Of a stretch of 64,000 nucleotides of DNA, positions 44,131 to 53,773 are shown piece after piece (the stretch's first letter is position 1; each line of letters begins with the position of its first letter). The position numbers and the translations under genes were made by a program. A model generated the notes under the pieces. The model had not been told where the DNA came from, searched no databases, and was given only the letters and a program-made list of their open reading frames with translations. Source of the stretch: Nitrospinaceae bacterium (GTDB taxonomy: Bacteria > Nitrospinota > Nitrospinia > Nitrospinales > VA-1); assembly GCA_029261655.1 (NCBI GenBank), contig JAJDAY010000030.1, positions 4,068 through 68,067 of the forward strand. Direction: 5' to 3'.

Positions 44131-45963
44131 ATGAACGATAACGGAAACGTCCCAACTCTCTCCAGCCGACAAATGAAGCTGGTGATCGTGGGACATGTGG
44201 ATCACGGTAAATCCACCCTGGTGGGAAGGTTGCTGTCCGACACGGGCAGTTTGCCGGAAGGTAAAATAGACTTCATCAAAGACATATGCGAACGGCAGGG
44301 CAAGGTATTCGAGTTCGCGTTCCTGCTCGACGCCCTGGAAGAAGAACAGGACCAGGGCATCACCATCGACACCTCGCAAATATTTTTCAAGACCCGGAAA
44401 CGTCATTACGTCATCATCGATGCGCCTGGTCATAAAGAATTTTTGAAAAATATGGTAACGGGCGCCGCCAATGCCGAATCGGCCCTCTTGCTGATCGACG
44501 CTCACGAAGGCGTGCAGGAACAATCGCGCCGCCACGGTTACATCCTGAAACTTTTGGGGCTCAATCAAGTGGCGGTGGTGGTCAATAAAATGGATCTCGT
44601 CGGTTACGACGCCGAAGTGTTTTCCAAAATCAAATCCGAATACACCGCTTTTCTGGAATCGATTGGTGTTCAGGCGGAGGATTTTATTCCCGTTTCCGCC
44701 AAGCTCGGAACCAATATCGCCAAACGGGAAGATGAAATGCCCTGGTACAAAGGACCTACTGTTTTGGAAATGCTGGACCGGTTCGAGGAAAAAGTGCCTC
44801 CCAGTCATCTGCCTTTCCGCATGCCTGTGCAGGATGTCTATAAATTCGACGAACGCAGAATCATCGCCGGGCGGGTCGAATCGGGCCGTCTCAAGGTGGG
44901 GGACCGCCTCACGTTTTCGCCTTCCAACAAAAAAGGCGTCGTCAAAACCATTGAAGCCTGGAGCGTCGCCGAGCAACCGACAGAAGCTTCCGCGTCTCAA
45001 TCCATCGGGTTCACTCTGGACGAACAGATTTTTACAGAACGGGGAGAAGTCGCCACCCGTGTGGATGAGTTGCCCATCGTATCCTCGACTTTTGACGTCA
45101 ACCTGTTCTGGATGGGAAAACGCCATCTGGAAAAAGGCCGAACTTACACCCTGAAGCTCACCACTCAGGAAGTGGCGTGCGAGGTGGTGGAATTCAAAAA
45201 AGTGATCGACGCCTCCACGTTGGAAACTTTGGCCGATCAAAATTTCCTTGCCAAGAATGATGTGGCCGAATTGACCTTGAAAACCAAGAGACCGGTCGCC
45301 TTCGACCTTTTCGGAACCAGCGCCACGACCGGGCGATTCGTTCTGGTGGATGAATTCGACGTTTGCGGAGGCGGCATCATCACCACCTACACACCGTCGA
45401 GTAAAGAAGATAAATTACGCGATGAAGTTCGTTTCCGCGACTTCAACTGGGTGAAGAGCGGTGTCAAAGCAGAAGAACGATCCTATCGCAACGGGCATCG
45501 GGCGGCGCTCATTCTCATTTCCGGCGACAGCGGGGTGGGCAAGGCCAACCTCGCCCGGCATCTCGAAGAAAAACTGTTCAAATTGAATTTCCAGAGCTAC
45601 CTGCTGGACCGCCGAAATGTCCGCCTGGGAGTCTCTGTGGATATCACCGAGGGTGATCCAGAGTTCTATGACGGAGAAACGGTGAGGCGGTTCGGCGAAG
45701 TCACGAAACTATTCCTCGATGCCGGTCACGTGGTCATTTCCACCTCCAACGCGTTCAATCAGGATCAGGACGGGGATATTCGCCTGCTGGCGGAGCCGCA
45801 TCCGGTCATTGACATTGCAATCACCGACCAGCCTCAAACCTCAGGCGCGGTCGATGTGACCCTGTCCCTACCGGAAGCCAAAAACGAGGTCGAAGCCGCG
45901 AACAAAATTTACCATTATCTGAAAGATCAGAAAATTCTGACCGGACACAATTATTCCATATAA
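44131..45963 (+). CDS. cysN: Sulfate adenylyltransferase GTPase subunit fused to a degenerate APS-kinase domain
   Basis: Motifs [21 protein letters not shown] and NKMD. The C-terminal CysC-like domain has altered motifs ([16 protein letters not shown]). Confidence 0.92.
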   Translation: MNDNGNVPTLSSRQMKLVIVGHVDHGKSTLVGRLLSDTGSLPEGKIDFIKDICERQGKVFEFAFLLDALEEEQDQGITIDTSQIFFKTRKRHYVIIDAPGHKEFLKNMVTGAANAESALLLIDAHEGVQEQSRRHGYILKLLGLNQVAVVVNKMDLVGYDAEVFSKIKSEYTAFLESIGVQAEDFIPVSAKLGTNIAKREDEMPWYKGPTVLEMLDRFEEKVPPSHLPFRMPVQDVYKFDERRIIAGRVESGRLKVGDRLTFSPSNKKGVVKTIEAWSVAEQPTEASASQSIGFTLDEQIFTERGEVATRVDELPIVSSTFDVNLFWMGKRHLEKGRTYTLKLTTQEVACEVVEFKKVIDASTLETLADQNFLAKNDVAELTLKTKRPVAFDLFGTSATTGRFVLVDEFDVCGGGIITTYTPSSKEDKLRDEVRFRDFNWVKSGVKAEERSYRNGHRAALILISGDSGVGKANLARHLEEKLFKLNFQSYLLDRRNVRLGVSVDITEGDPEFYDGETVRRFGEVTKLFLDAGHVVISTSNAFNQDQDGDIRLLAEPHPVIDIAITDQPQTSGAVDVTLSLPEAKNEVEAANKIYHYLKDQKILTGHNYSI

Positions 45964-46052
45964 ATATTGACTTTTCCGTGTTCTGATGGAAAATAAGCGG
46001 CTTGATATCCGCTGGACGTTTAACCGTAGTTTGACACAGGACTGTATCCGCC

Positions 46053-46361
46053 ATGCCCAAAATCACCATCGTCAACGCCGAGACCAACGAGACTAAAACC
46101 ATCAAGGTGGGGTATGGGGCAAACATGCGCCAAGCCGCCGCCTATAAGGATGTCGAAATTTATAAGGGCATGTCCAGGATGTTGAATTGCCGGGGAATGG
46201 GAATCTGCGGCACCTGTCTGATTGAAGTCGAACCCATGGAAAATGTCGACCCCCAGACGTTTATCGAACGCCTTCACAAACTGGAACCTAACCAGAAATT
46301 AGGATGCCGGGCGAAAGTCTACGGCGACATCACCATCAAAGCCGCCATCAAAGATTTATAA
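46053..46361 (+). CDS. 2Fe-2S ferredoxin
   Basis: NCRGMGICGTC...LGC (C-x4-C-x2-C...C). TTGACT promoter-like sequence upstream. Confidence 0.9.
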   Translation: MPKITIVNAETNETKTIKVGYGANMRQAAAYKDVEIYKGMSRMLNCRGMGICGTCLIEVEPMENVDPQTFIERLHKLEPNQKLGCRAKVYGDITIKAAIKDL

Positions 46362-46446
46362 GTCATCAACCGGAACTCGACATTGTAATTTCCCAAACGT
46401 CAGCCCAATTGTTTCCTTCCGTATAGTGGCTCCCTCGTGCCGCCAG

Positions 46447-47211
46447 TCAGAAACCCAGTTGATACGCCAGAGTAGCCTTGAAATCGACCGCTTCGGGAGC
46501 GCCGAAGCCTCCGCCCAGGCCGAAGGCCAGAACCGACCAGGGGTTCAACTGCTTTCTCAACCCAAGGGTGTAGCTGAACAAGGGGTCGATGGCTTTCTTG
46601 GGTGCCTGATCCACAAATAATTCCGCGACAAACAGATGATCGAGATCAATGGGGCGGTCGAATCCGATCCCGAAGGTGTATAAATCCGCCCGCTCTCCCG
46701 ATTCTCTGCCATTGTTTCTTGTGTATCCGCCATTAAAATGCAGCCTGTTTTGCCCCCAGCCTCTGGTGAGGATGCCCAGTAACTGGAAATCCACGCCCCT
46801 GGAATCCACGCCGCTTGGGGCGGTCACGCTGGTTTTCAGCGCGAAAGCAGGTAGAGATTGCGTCTCTACATTGAAATTATAAAACCCTTCAATCTCGATA
46901 TCGCCGTTATTGGTGTGGTCCCCGTTTTCGCGCCAGGTCAGCGGAGTTCCCAGCCCGAGGTGCGCGTTCTTCATGAAACCCCATTTAAGCTCCGGCTCGA
47001 ATTCGCCAACGTGGGTCTTGTCATCTCCTTCGTACTCATACGAAGCCCCGGCTTGAAACTCCAGAGCTTTAAAGGCAATGGGGTAGGCGTCTTCGGTTCG
47101 GGTCGGAAACCCTTCCTCCAGATTGCGATGATCCGCGGCAAAGGATGTTGAAAAGAATCCTATGGACAACAAAACCAGAACGGCGATCGGTCGATTTAAG
47201 TGTTTGAACAA
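46447..47211 (-). CDS. Outer-membrane beta-barrel protein (MetA/phenol-pathway transporter-like)
   Basis: Signal peptide ending SFA|A, TEDAYP motif, alternating beta-strand pattern and a C-terminal YQLGF BAM-type signature. Confidence 0.75.
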   Translation of the reverse strand: MFKHLNRPIAVLVLLSIGFFSTSFAADHRNLEEGFPTRTEDAYPIAFKALEFQAGASYEYEGDDKTHVGEFEPELKWGFMKNAHLGLGTPLTWRENGDHTNNGDIEIEGFYNFNVETQSLPAFALKTSVTAPSGVDSRGVDFQLLGILTRGWGQNRLHFNGGYTRNNGRESGERADLYTFGIGFDRPIDLDHLFVAELFVDQAPKKAIDPLFSYTLGLRKQLNPWSVLAFGLGGGFGAPEAVDFKATLAYQLGF

Positions 47212-47214
47212 GGA

Positions 47215-48240
47215 TTATCCTTTCATGCGGTGGTGCATGGAGTGCCCCATGATCCGGCCCATTTCCCCGCCGCCTTTCCACATAACCTCCGGGTAAACCA
47301 GAGGGTCCAGGTCCGGGTTAGGGGTGGGGAAGTTTTTGGCCATCGTCCGGTCGCCGGGTTTTACGGTCATGCGATCGATCATCCTGTAAATTTCCCGGCG
47401 CTTATCTTTCACATCCGGGGACTGGAGGATATCGTAAATGATCCCATGAAACATATGCAGGTTGTCAAAAATATTGGCCGCCTCCGGGGCCAATTGACTG
47501 AACCTCGGCATCACTTCTCTTGAAAGTAACATGCGGTTGGGAGGATTTGGGATCACCTTTTCTATGAAAAGCTCGTCGATTTTGAGCACCGCTTCCTGTT
47601 GCCGGTTAAGATCGGGATAGAGCAATTGCGCTTCGTAAACCACCGGGTGCCACCAGTGAAACGCCCAGAAAATATTAGTCGTTTTAGGCCAATTTTTGCG
47701 AAACGACTTGAACCAGGGTTGTTGCATCAACCCGACGCGTTTCATGATGACCTCTTCAAACGGGGCCGGGCTGAATGCGACTTCAGGTTCGCTCAAATAA
47801 TAATCCACTGCACGATTGATCCAGGTTATCTTTTCTGAACTGGGGATTCTCGAATCCGTCATGATATCGTAGAGCTGTTCGTGCAGTTGATGAGTCCAGT
47901 CGATCGCATGGACGGCGCGCCAGGCCAGACGGGCGAATTCAGGCCCTACATAGGTCTGATGGGGTTCCGTTTTGGCGGGATGTTTGAGAAACCACTTACT
48001 TTTGTCATAAAACTCCCGGTCCGCCTGCACCGTGTCGACGGGTTGCGATAGGAGAACGTCGCTGATCCTGCCGTGCGCCCAATGAGCGACGGTGGTCAGT
48101 TGGAAATCCTTGAAATGGCGCTTGTAGAATTCGTTGTTGTAAGCGCCGCGTAAATGGAAGACTTCGTTCTTCGATTCCCAGTTCTGGCAACTGGACAGAA
48201 AGATCAACGCGGTCAGGAGTATCGGCAGGAAACGCCACAT
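47215..48240 (-). CDS. His-motif repeat lipoprotein, putative metalloprotein
   Basis: Lipobox LSSC, four HxxHxxx(Y/S)(D/E) motifs and a Met/His-rich tail. Confidence 0.75.
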   Translation of the reverse strand: MWRFLPILLTALIFLSSCQNWESKNEVFHLRGAYNNEFYKRHFKDFQLTTVAHWAHGRISDVLLSQPVDTVQADREFYDKSKWFLKHPAKTEPHQTYVGPEFARLAWRAVHAIDWTHQLHEQLYDIMTDSRIPSSEKITWINRAVDYYLSEPEVAFSPAPFEEVIMKRVGLMQQPWFKSFRKNWPKTTNIFWAFHWWHPVVYEAQLLYPDLNRQQEAVLKIDELFIEKVIPNPPNRMLLSREVMPRFSQLAPEAANIFDNLHMFHGIIYDILQSPDVKDKRREIYRMIDRMTVKPGDRTMAKNFPTPNPDLDPLVYPEVMWKGGGEMGRIMGHSMHHRMKG

Positions 48241-48266
48241 AAGTCATTGCTCCAGAGGAGGGTCGA

Positions 48267-49334
48267 TCAAACGAATTCGTAACGCATATTGCGTTTCTGA
48301 GGGGTGAAGCCGCCATCGGTGATCAGCCGGCGGATATCTTTTTCATCGAGACAAAATACCGTTCCCGCCGCGCGGACGACGTTTTCTTCCAGCATGGTGC
48401 TTCCCATGTCGTTGGCCCCATAGTACAAGGCCACCTGCCCGACCTTAGGCCCCTGAGTCACCCATGAAGACTGGATATTGTCGAAGTTGTCCAGAACGAT
48501 TCTGCTGATGGCCAAAGTTTTCAGGTAATCCAGACCGCTCACCGCTTTTTGCCCTTTTAAGTCGCGGCCAAGTTTTGTGTTGCCCGGTTGCCAGGGCCAG
48601 GGGATGAACGCCGTGAAACCGCCCGTTTGGTCTTGTTGCAAACGAAGGCGCAGAAGGTGTTCGACACGGTCTTTGAGAGATTCGACATGACCGAACATCA
48701 TGGTCGCGGTGGTGGGGATTCCCATGCCGTGGGCTTTTTCCATCACTTCAAGCCACTGATCGGTCGTGCATTTTTTGGGTCCGATTTGATTTCGCACCTT
48801 GTCCACCAGAATCTCGGCACCCCCGCCGGGAATGGAATCCAGCCCCGCCCTGTGCAAACGCTTTAAAGTCTCCTCAAGGGAAAGCTTCGATACCTGACTG
48901 ATGTGAATGATTTCCGAGGGCGACAGGGCGTGCAGGTGGATGCCGTATTTTTCCTTGATCTTTTGAAACAGGTCTTCAAAATATTCGATTCCGAGATGGA
49001 CATTATGACCGCCCTGCAGGAGAATCTGCCGTCCCCCCAGCGCCATTGTTTCCTCGATTTTTCCCCCAATGGTTTCAAAAGGAAGAACGTAGGCGTCGTC
49101 GTCTTTTTCTTTACGATAGAAGGCGCAAAAATCGCAATCGGTGACGCAGATATTCGTGTAGTTGATGTTGCGGTCGACGATGTAGGTGACGACCCGGTTG
49201 TCGCGTTTTCTGCGGGCGATGCGCGAAGCCACATTGCCGAGAAGAAGCATGTCGTTGGTGGAAAACAATGCCAACGCATCCTCACCGCTGATTCTTTCCC
49301 CGTCGAGGGCCTTTTTCAGGATCGCTTCTATCAT
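48267..49334 (-). CDS. mqnC: Cyclic dehypoxanthinyl futalosine synthase (radical SAM)
   Basis: Motifs TYIVDRNINYTNIC...C.FCAFY, PGGGAEIL, ATMMFGHVE, FIPW, QSSWVTQG and GANDMGSTMLEENVV. Confidence 0.93.
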   Translation of the reverse strand: MIEAILKKALDGERISGEDALALFSTNDMLLLGNVASRIARRKRDNRVVTYIVDRNINYTNICVTDCDFCAFYRKEKDDDAYVLPFETIGGKIEETMALGGRQILLQGGHNVHLGIEYFEDLFQKIKEKYGIHLHALSPSEIIHISQVSKLSLEETLKRLHRAGLDSIPGGGAEILVDKVRNQIGPKKCTTDQWLEVMEKAHGMGIPTTATMMFGHVESLKDRVEHLLRLRLQQDQTGGFTAFIPWPWQPGNTKLGRDLKGQKAVSGLDYLKTLAISRIVLDNFDNIQSSWVTQGPKVGQVALYYGANDMGSTMLEENVVRAAGTVFCLDEKDIRRLITDGGFTPQKRNMRYEFV

Positions 49335-49337
49335 AGG

Positions 49338-49724
49338 TCAGTGATCGCAGTGAATTTCCAGGCGGTTGTGATCCGGGTCGTTGAAATAGATGGATTCGCC
49401 ATCGCCGCGTTTGACCGGGCCGCCGGCGATTTTGACATTGTGTTTTTTCAGTTCGTCAACGACTGCGGGAAATCGGTCGCGGTGGATTTTGAATGCCAGA
49501 TGCAGGTATCCCGTTTCGCTCAACAGATCCATCGCGTCTTTCACTTCCAGGTCGGGCGCTTCAAACAGGGCGATCGCGGAGTTTCCCGTGTCCAGCATCA
49601 GGTGATTCAACCCTTTGGTGAACCGGTGGGTGACTTTGAACCCCAGCACCTCGGTATAAAACCGTTCCGCCCGGTCCAGATCTTTAACGTTCAGCGCGAT
49701 ATGATGTATTCCATCTAGTTTCAT
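49338..49724 (-). CDS. VOC/glyoxalase family protein
   Basis: Motifs IHHIALNV.DL..AERFY..VLG, HLAF and YF.DPD.NRLE. Confidence 0.92.
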   Translation of the reverse strand: MKLDGIHHIALNVKDLDRAERFYTEVLGFKVTHRFTKGLNHLMLDTGNSAIALFEAPDLEVKDAMDLLSETGYLHLAFKIHRDRFPAVVDELKKHNVKIAGGPVKRGDGESIYFNDPDHNRLEIHCDH

Positions 49725-49755
49725 GGCGGGTCGGAGTGATGAGAGTTAATATGCG

Positions 49756-50133
49756 TCAGAGCGTGCCGTCGCCTGCACCCATCCCGGGTTGGTTGATCCC
49801 GTCGATTCCGGTATCTCCCAAAGGCTCCTCGTCCGTCAGGACGAAGATGTGATGACCGAACTTGGTTTTTACCGGACCCTGGACTTCGCGCACCGGCGCT
49901 TTCATTGCGGCCTCGTATAACTCGGGAGCGCTGGTATGAACCTCCAGCGGACCCAGGTCGCCGCCTTTATATCGGGACGAGCAGGCGCTGTATTTTTTCG
50001 CCATTTTCTGAAAGGCTTTGATCATGGGTTCGTACTCGTCGTAGGACTTCAGGTGCTCAAAAAGAACGTCGGCAATGTCCTTGGTGGTCAATACAATATG
50101 GCTGATCTGGACAAAACGTATGGGTGTGGACAT
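49756..50133 (-). CDS. Parvulin-type peptidyl-prolyl isomerase
   Basis: Motifs SHIV, AKKYSACSS..KGGDLG and GPVKTKFGHHI. Likely start ATG 50133. Confidence 0.85.
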   Translation of the reverse strand: MSTPIRFVQISHIVLTTKDIADVLFEHLKSYDEYEPMIKAFQKMAKKYSACSSRYKGGDLGPLEVHTSAPELYEAAMKAPVREVQGPVKTKFGHHIFVLTDEEPLGDTGIDGINQPGMGAGDGTL

Positions 50134-50338
50134 GAGAAAATTAAAGAATATGCCAATTTTCCCGCCCAACGCTGAGGCCGAAAAATCAGGTTTATATCGT
50201 TTGCCGTGAGATAAAATTGTAGCGGTTTCCCAGAAATATACAAGGAATAATGAATTGCCCGGTGGAAAACCCTTCAGAGCAGAAAACGGACGTTGCTCTT
50301 AAAGCCGAGTACGAACAGGCCCAGAAATTTCAAACACC

Positions 50339-51877
50339 TCAGGCTTTATCGGAATAGTGATCCTCAATCGCCGTGACCAGAGCGTCTACCGTGTACTCCT
50401 CTGGGACGATCGTGACCTTCAAGCCATTCTCTCTGGCCGTGTCTGCGGTGATCGGACCGATGCAGGCGAAGGTGACGCGATCCAGATGGGGACGCAATTC
50501 AGGGCCGGTCAGTTCAAGAAAATGAGTCACTGTGGAGGAGGAGGTGAACGTGACGACATCAATGACCCCGTCTTGCAACCGGCGGGCCAGATCTTCGTTC
50601 GTCCGGGTGGGATGAATCGTCTGGTAAGCGGGGACAACATCCACCTGAGCGCCCATTTCACGCAGTCGGTCGGGCAGAATTTCTCTCGCTTTCAGGGCGC
50701 GAGGAATCAGAAAGCGTTTTCCCTGCACACTTTCCCCGCCCAGGCTTTCGATCAGTGATTCCGCTACAAAATTTTCAGGCACGCAATCCACCTGCATGCC
50801 AAATTCCAGGATGGCTTTTCCGGTTTTAGGACCGATGGCGTAAACACGCACTCCTTTCAATTCGCGGATGTCCTGACCGGTTTCTTTCAGCCGCCGCATG
50901 AAAAAATGGACGCCGTTGGCACTGGTGAAAATCAGGCCGTGGTATTTCGACAGACGGGTGAGGGCCTGATCGAGAGACGCCCAATCGGGCGGTGGAACGG
51001 TTTGAATGACCGGGAAGGAGACAGGCTCCGCGCCTTTATCCTGCAATAGATGAATCATGGAATCCGCTTGGCTTTCCTGGCGGGTGATCACCACCGTTTT
51101 GCCAAACAGAGGCAGGGTTTCAACCCATTCGATGAGCGGTTTCATGTTGACCACCTCCCCGATAATGGTCAACGCGGGAGGGGCGATATTTTCTTTCATC
51201 GCGATGTCAACGATGGTTTTTAGAGTTCCCGTCCAGGTTTTTTGCCGGGCCGTGGTCCCCCACTGGGTCACTGCGATGGGTGTGTCAGGGGCCTTGCCGA
51301 AGTGTATTAATTTTTCGCAAATTTTGGGGAGCTTGCGCGCCCCCATCAGAAAGACCAGCGTTCCCGAACGGCTGGCGATTTTTTCCCAATCGATATGAAT
51401 GTCCTCCTGATTTTTTTCATTGCTCCCGGTGATGATAGTAACGGTGGAAGAAATATCCCGGTGGGTCAGGGGGATGCCGGCATAAGCCGCTACCCCGACC
51501 GGGGAGGTCACGCCGGGAACCACGGAAATGGGAAGTCCGGCTTTTTTCACAGCGATGGCTTCTTCACCGCCGCGACCAAAAATAAAAGGATCGCCGCCCT
51601 TAAGGCGGACCACAATTTTTCCCTGTCTGGCTTTGCTGATAAGAATCTCGTTGATTTCATCCTGCGGGATGCTGGCGTGTCCTGCTTTTTTACCGGCATA
51701 AATGGTTTCGGCATTCGGATCGGCAAAGCGCATCATGTTCCAGTTGACCAAATGGTCATAGACGATGACATCGGCCCTCTCAAGCCATTCTTTGCCTCTC
51801 AGTGTCAGCAGGCCTTCATCGCCGGGGCCCGCGCCTACTAAAATGACCCGGCCTTGTTTGGGGGAGGAATCAGTCAT
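50339..51877 (-). CDS. cobA-hemD: Uroporphyrinogen-III C-methyltransferase / uroporphyrinogen-III synthase fusion
   Basis: LVGAGPGD, VRLKGGDPFIFGRGGEE and GIPLTHR, followed by a HemD domain (FTSANGV, AIGPKT, FTSSSTV, CIGPITA). Confidence 0.93.
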   Translation of the reverse strand: MTDSSPKQGRVILVGAGPGDEGLLTLRGKEWLERADVIVYDHLVNWNMMRFADPNAETIYAGKKAGHASIPQDEINEILISKARQGKIVVRLKGGDPFIFGRGGEEAIAVKKAGLPISVVPGVTSPVGVAAYAGIPLTHRDISSTVTIITGSNEKNQEDIHIDWEKIASRSGTLVFLMGARKLPKICEKLIHFGKAPDTPIAVTQWGTTARQKTWTGTLKTIVDIAMKENIAPPALTIIGEVVNMKPLIEWVETLPLFGKTVVITRQESQADSMIHLLQDKGAEPVSFPVIQTVPPPDWASLDQALTRLSKYHGLIFTSANGVHFFMRRLKETGQDIRELKGVRVYAIGPKTGKAILEFGMQVDCVPENFVAESLIESLGGESVQGKRFLIPRALKAREILPDRLREMGAQVDVVPAYQTIHPTRTNEDLARRLQDGVIDVVTFTSSSTVTHFLELTGPELRPHLDRVTFACIGPITADTARENGLKVTIVPEEYTVDALVTAIEDHYSDKA

Positions 51878-52655
51878 GGTGAGTGTGGATGAAGTTTGAA
51901 AGGGTCGCAAAATCTTCCAGAGACAACGTTTCTCCACGGCGGGAAAGGTCGATCCCCGCCAGGTGGACAGGATCGCTTTCCAGCTGAAACTGATCCTGCC
52001 AGTCTTTTAAATTATTTTTCAACATTTTTCGTTTATGCAAAAACGCCGCGTTGACGACTTTAAAAAAAGTTTTCTGATCGTTCACCTGGACCTGCGGGCT
52101 TGTTAAAGGGGTCAGTTTGACCAGAGAGGAGTCGATTTTAGGCGGTGGTGAAAACGCCGTTTTGTCGATTTCCAGCAGTCGTTCCACCTGACAGTGGAAT
52201 TGGATAAAAACAGTGAGCGATCCGTATTCTTTTTGGCCCGGACGGGCGACCAGCCGGTCCACCACTTCTTTTTGCATCATCACCGTCATGTCAATGACGT
52301 GAGCCCGAAAATCGATCAACCGTTTGACGATGTGGGTCGCGGCGTAATACGGCAGGTTGGACACCACTTTGAACTTGGGCCCGACACAACCATAGTCGAA
52401 CTTTGTAGCATCGGCTTCAATCAGTCGGAAATGGTCCTTCCCGTTGAATTTTTGTCGCAGTTCATCACACAGCTTGCCGTCGATTTCAAGAGCCGTCAAT
52501 GGATTAGGCGAGTCCAGCAGGTACTGGGTGAGTATCCCCTTGCCGGGGCCGATCTCCAGAATCGTCTCTTCCGGGGAAATTTGAGCCAGCCGGACGATTT
52601 CCTCGGCGATGGACGTGTCTTTTAAAAAATTTTGTCCAAAAGGGCGTTTTTTCAT
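51870..52655 (-). CDS. rsmA: 16S rRNA m6,2A dimethyltransferase
   Basis: Motifs GQNFL, LEIGPG.G, NLPY, QKEV, F.PPPKIDS and RGETLS. Confidence 0.96.
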   Translation of the reverse strand: MKKRPFGQNFLKDTSIAEEIVRLAQISPEETILEIGPGKGILTQYLLDSPNPLTALEIDGKLCDELRQKFNGKDHFRLIEADATKFDYGCVGPKFKVVSNLPYYAATHIVKRLIDFRAHVIDMTVMMQKEVVDRLVARPGQKEYGSLTVFIQFHCQVERLLEIDKTAFSPPPKIDSSLVKLTPLTSPQVQVNDQKTFFKVVNAAFLHKRKMLKNNLKDWQDQFQLESDPVHLAGIDLSRRGETLSLEDFATLSNFIHTHHD

Positions 52656-52657
52656 TA

Positions 52658-53653
52658 TCAGGAGACGACGCTGGCTTGGGAAAGTTCTGCCGCCTTTTTA
52701 AGAGCAACGATCAGGCTGTCTGGGGAGGCGGTTCCAGACCCCACAATATCGTAAGCTGTTCCGTGGTCCACCGATGTTCTCAGAATCGGCAGGCCGAGGG
52801 TGATGTTCACCGCCGTTCCTGCGGAATCCATTTTAATCGGGATCATGCCTTGATCGTGATACATGGTGATGACGGCGTCATAGGCTTCGAACTGATTGCG
52901 GATGAACAGGGCATCGGCGGAGAAGGGGCCATCGACCTGAATGTCCTCTTTTCGCGCCCCCTCCAGAGCGGGGATGATGGCGGTTTGTTCTTCGCCGCCA
53001 AAAATTCCGCCGTCGCCGCAATGCGGGTTCAACCCGGTGACCGCGATCTTCGGCGTCAAAGTTACATGACGGTGCAGCCACTGATGGGTCAATCGGATCG
53101 TCGTGAGTACGCGGTCCACCGTGATTTTCCCGGAGACCTGGTTCAAGGGGAGGTGCGTGGTTGTCAAGACAACACGCAGGTTTTTGCCGGCCAGCATTAA
53201 GGCGACGTCTTTTGTTCCGGTGAGCTTCGCCAGAAGTTCCGTGTGGCCGGGATAGAAAAATCCGGCTTTATGAATACTCTCCTTGTTGATGGGAGCGGTG
53301 GTGATGGCGGAGACTCGATGGTCCAGCGCAAGTTTTACCGCGACCTCAATGTATTGCACGGAAGCCTGGCCGCCCTCGGCTGAGGCGGCCCCTCGTATCA
53401 GATCCGGGGAAACATTGTCCAGGTCGAGAACATCGAGGGCGCCCGATTGAAACCGTGCCTGATCGGGAGATGAGACCGGATGAACGGTGATGGGCGTAGC
53501 CATTTGACGGGCAATGGATTCCAGAAAGCGGGCTGAGCCTATGACAATGGGCTGGCAGAAAAATATTTGTTCCTGAAAAGCTTTGACGATGATTTCAGGC
53601 CCAATACCAGCCGGGTCTCCCATCGTTATGGCAATGCGCGCTGTGTGTTTCAA
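52658..53653 (-). CDS. pdxA: 4-hydroxythreonine-4-phosphate dehydrogenase
   Basis: Motifs TMGDPAGIGPE, TAPINK, GHTE, GLNPH, MYHDQG and RTSVDHGTA. Confidence 0.96.
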   Translation of the reverse strand: MKHTARIAITMGDPAGIGPEIIVKAFQEQIFFCQPIVIGSARFLESIARQMATPITVHPVSSPDQARFQSGALDVLDLDNVSPDLIRGAASAEGGQASVQYIEVAVKLALDHRVSAITTAPINKESIHKAGFFYPGHTELLAKLTGTKDVALMLAGKNLRVVLTTTHLPLNQVSGKITVDRVLTTIRLTHQWLHRHVTLTPKIAVTGLNPHCGDGGIFGGEEQTAIIPALEGARKEDIQVDGPFSADALFIRNQFEAYDAVITMYHDQGMIPIKMDSAGTAVNITLGLPILRTSVDHGTAYDIVGSGTASPDSLIVALKKAAELSQASVVS

Positions 53654-53722
53654 AGCTCAGAATCCCTTATATGAGAGGATTGTCTTCAGGATTCCCGGAG
53701 GTGGTGCAGGGTTGAGGAAGAT

Positions 53723-53764
53723 TCTCTCCCGATTCTCCTCGTCAAAAAGGAGAACCGGGAGAGA
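53723..53764 (-). terminator. Hairpin downstream of pckA
   Basis: Inverted repeat TCTCTCCCGATTCTCCT...AGGAGAACCGGGAGAGA just after the pckA stop. Confidence 0.6.
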
Positions 53765-53773
53765 TAAAAAATA

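Noticed and set aside
44032-45240. Long antisense ORFs (402 aa opposite cysN; similarly 36367-37236, 48903-49718 and 60314-61156)
   Set aside because: They are fully overlapped by well-supported genes on the other strand and show no recognisable motifs, as expected from codon-bias shadows.
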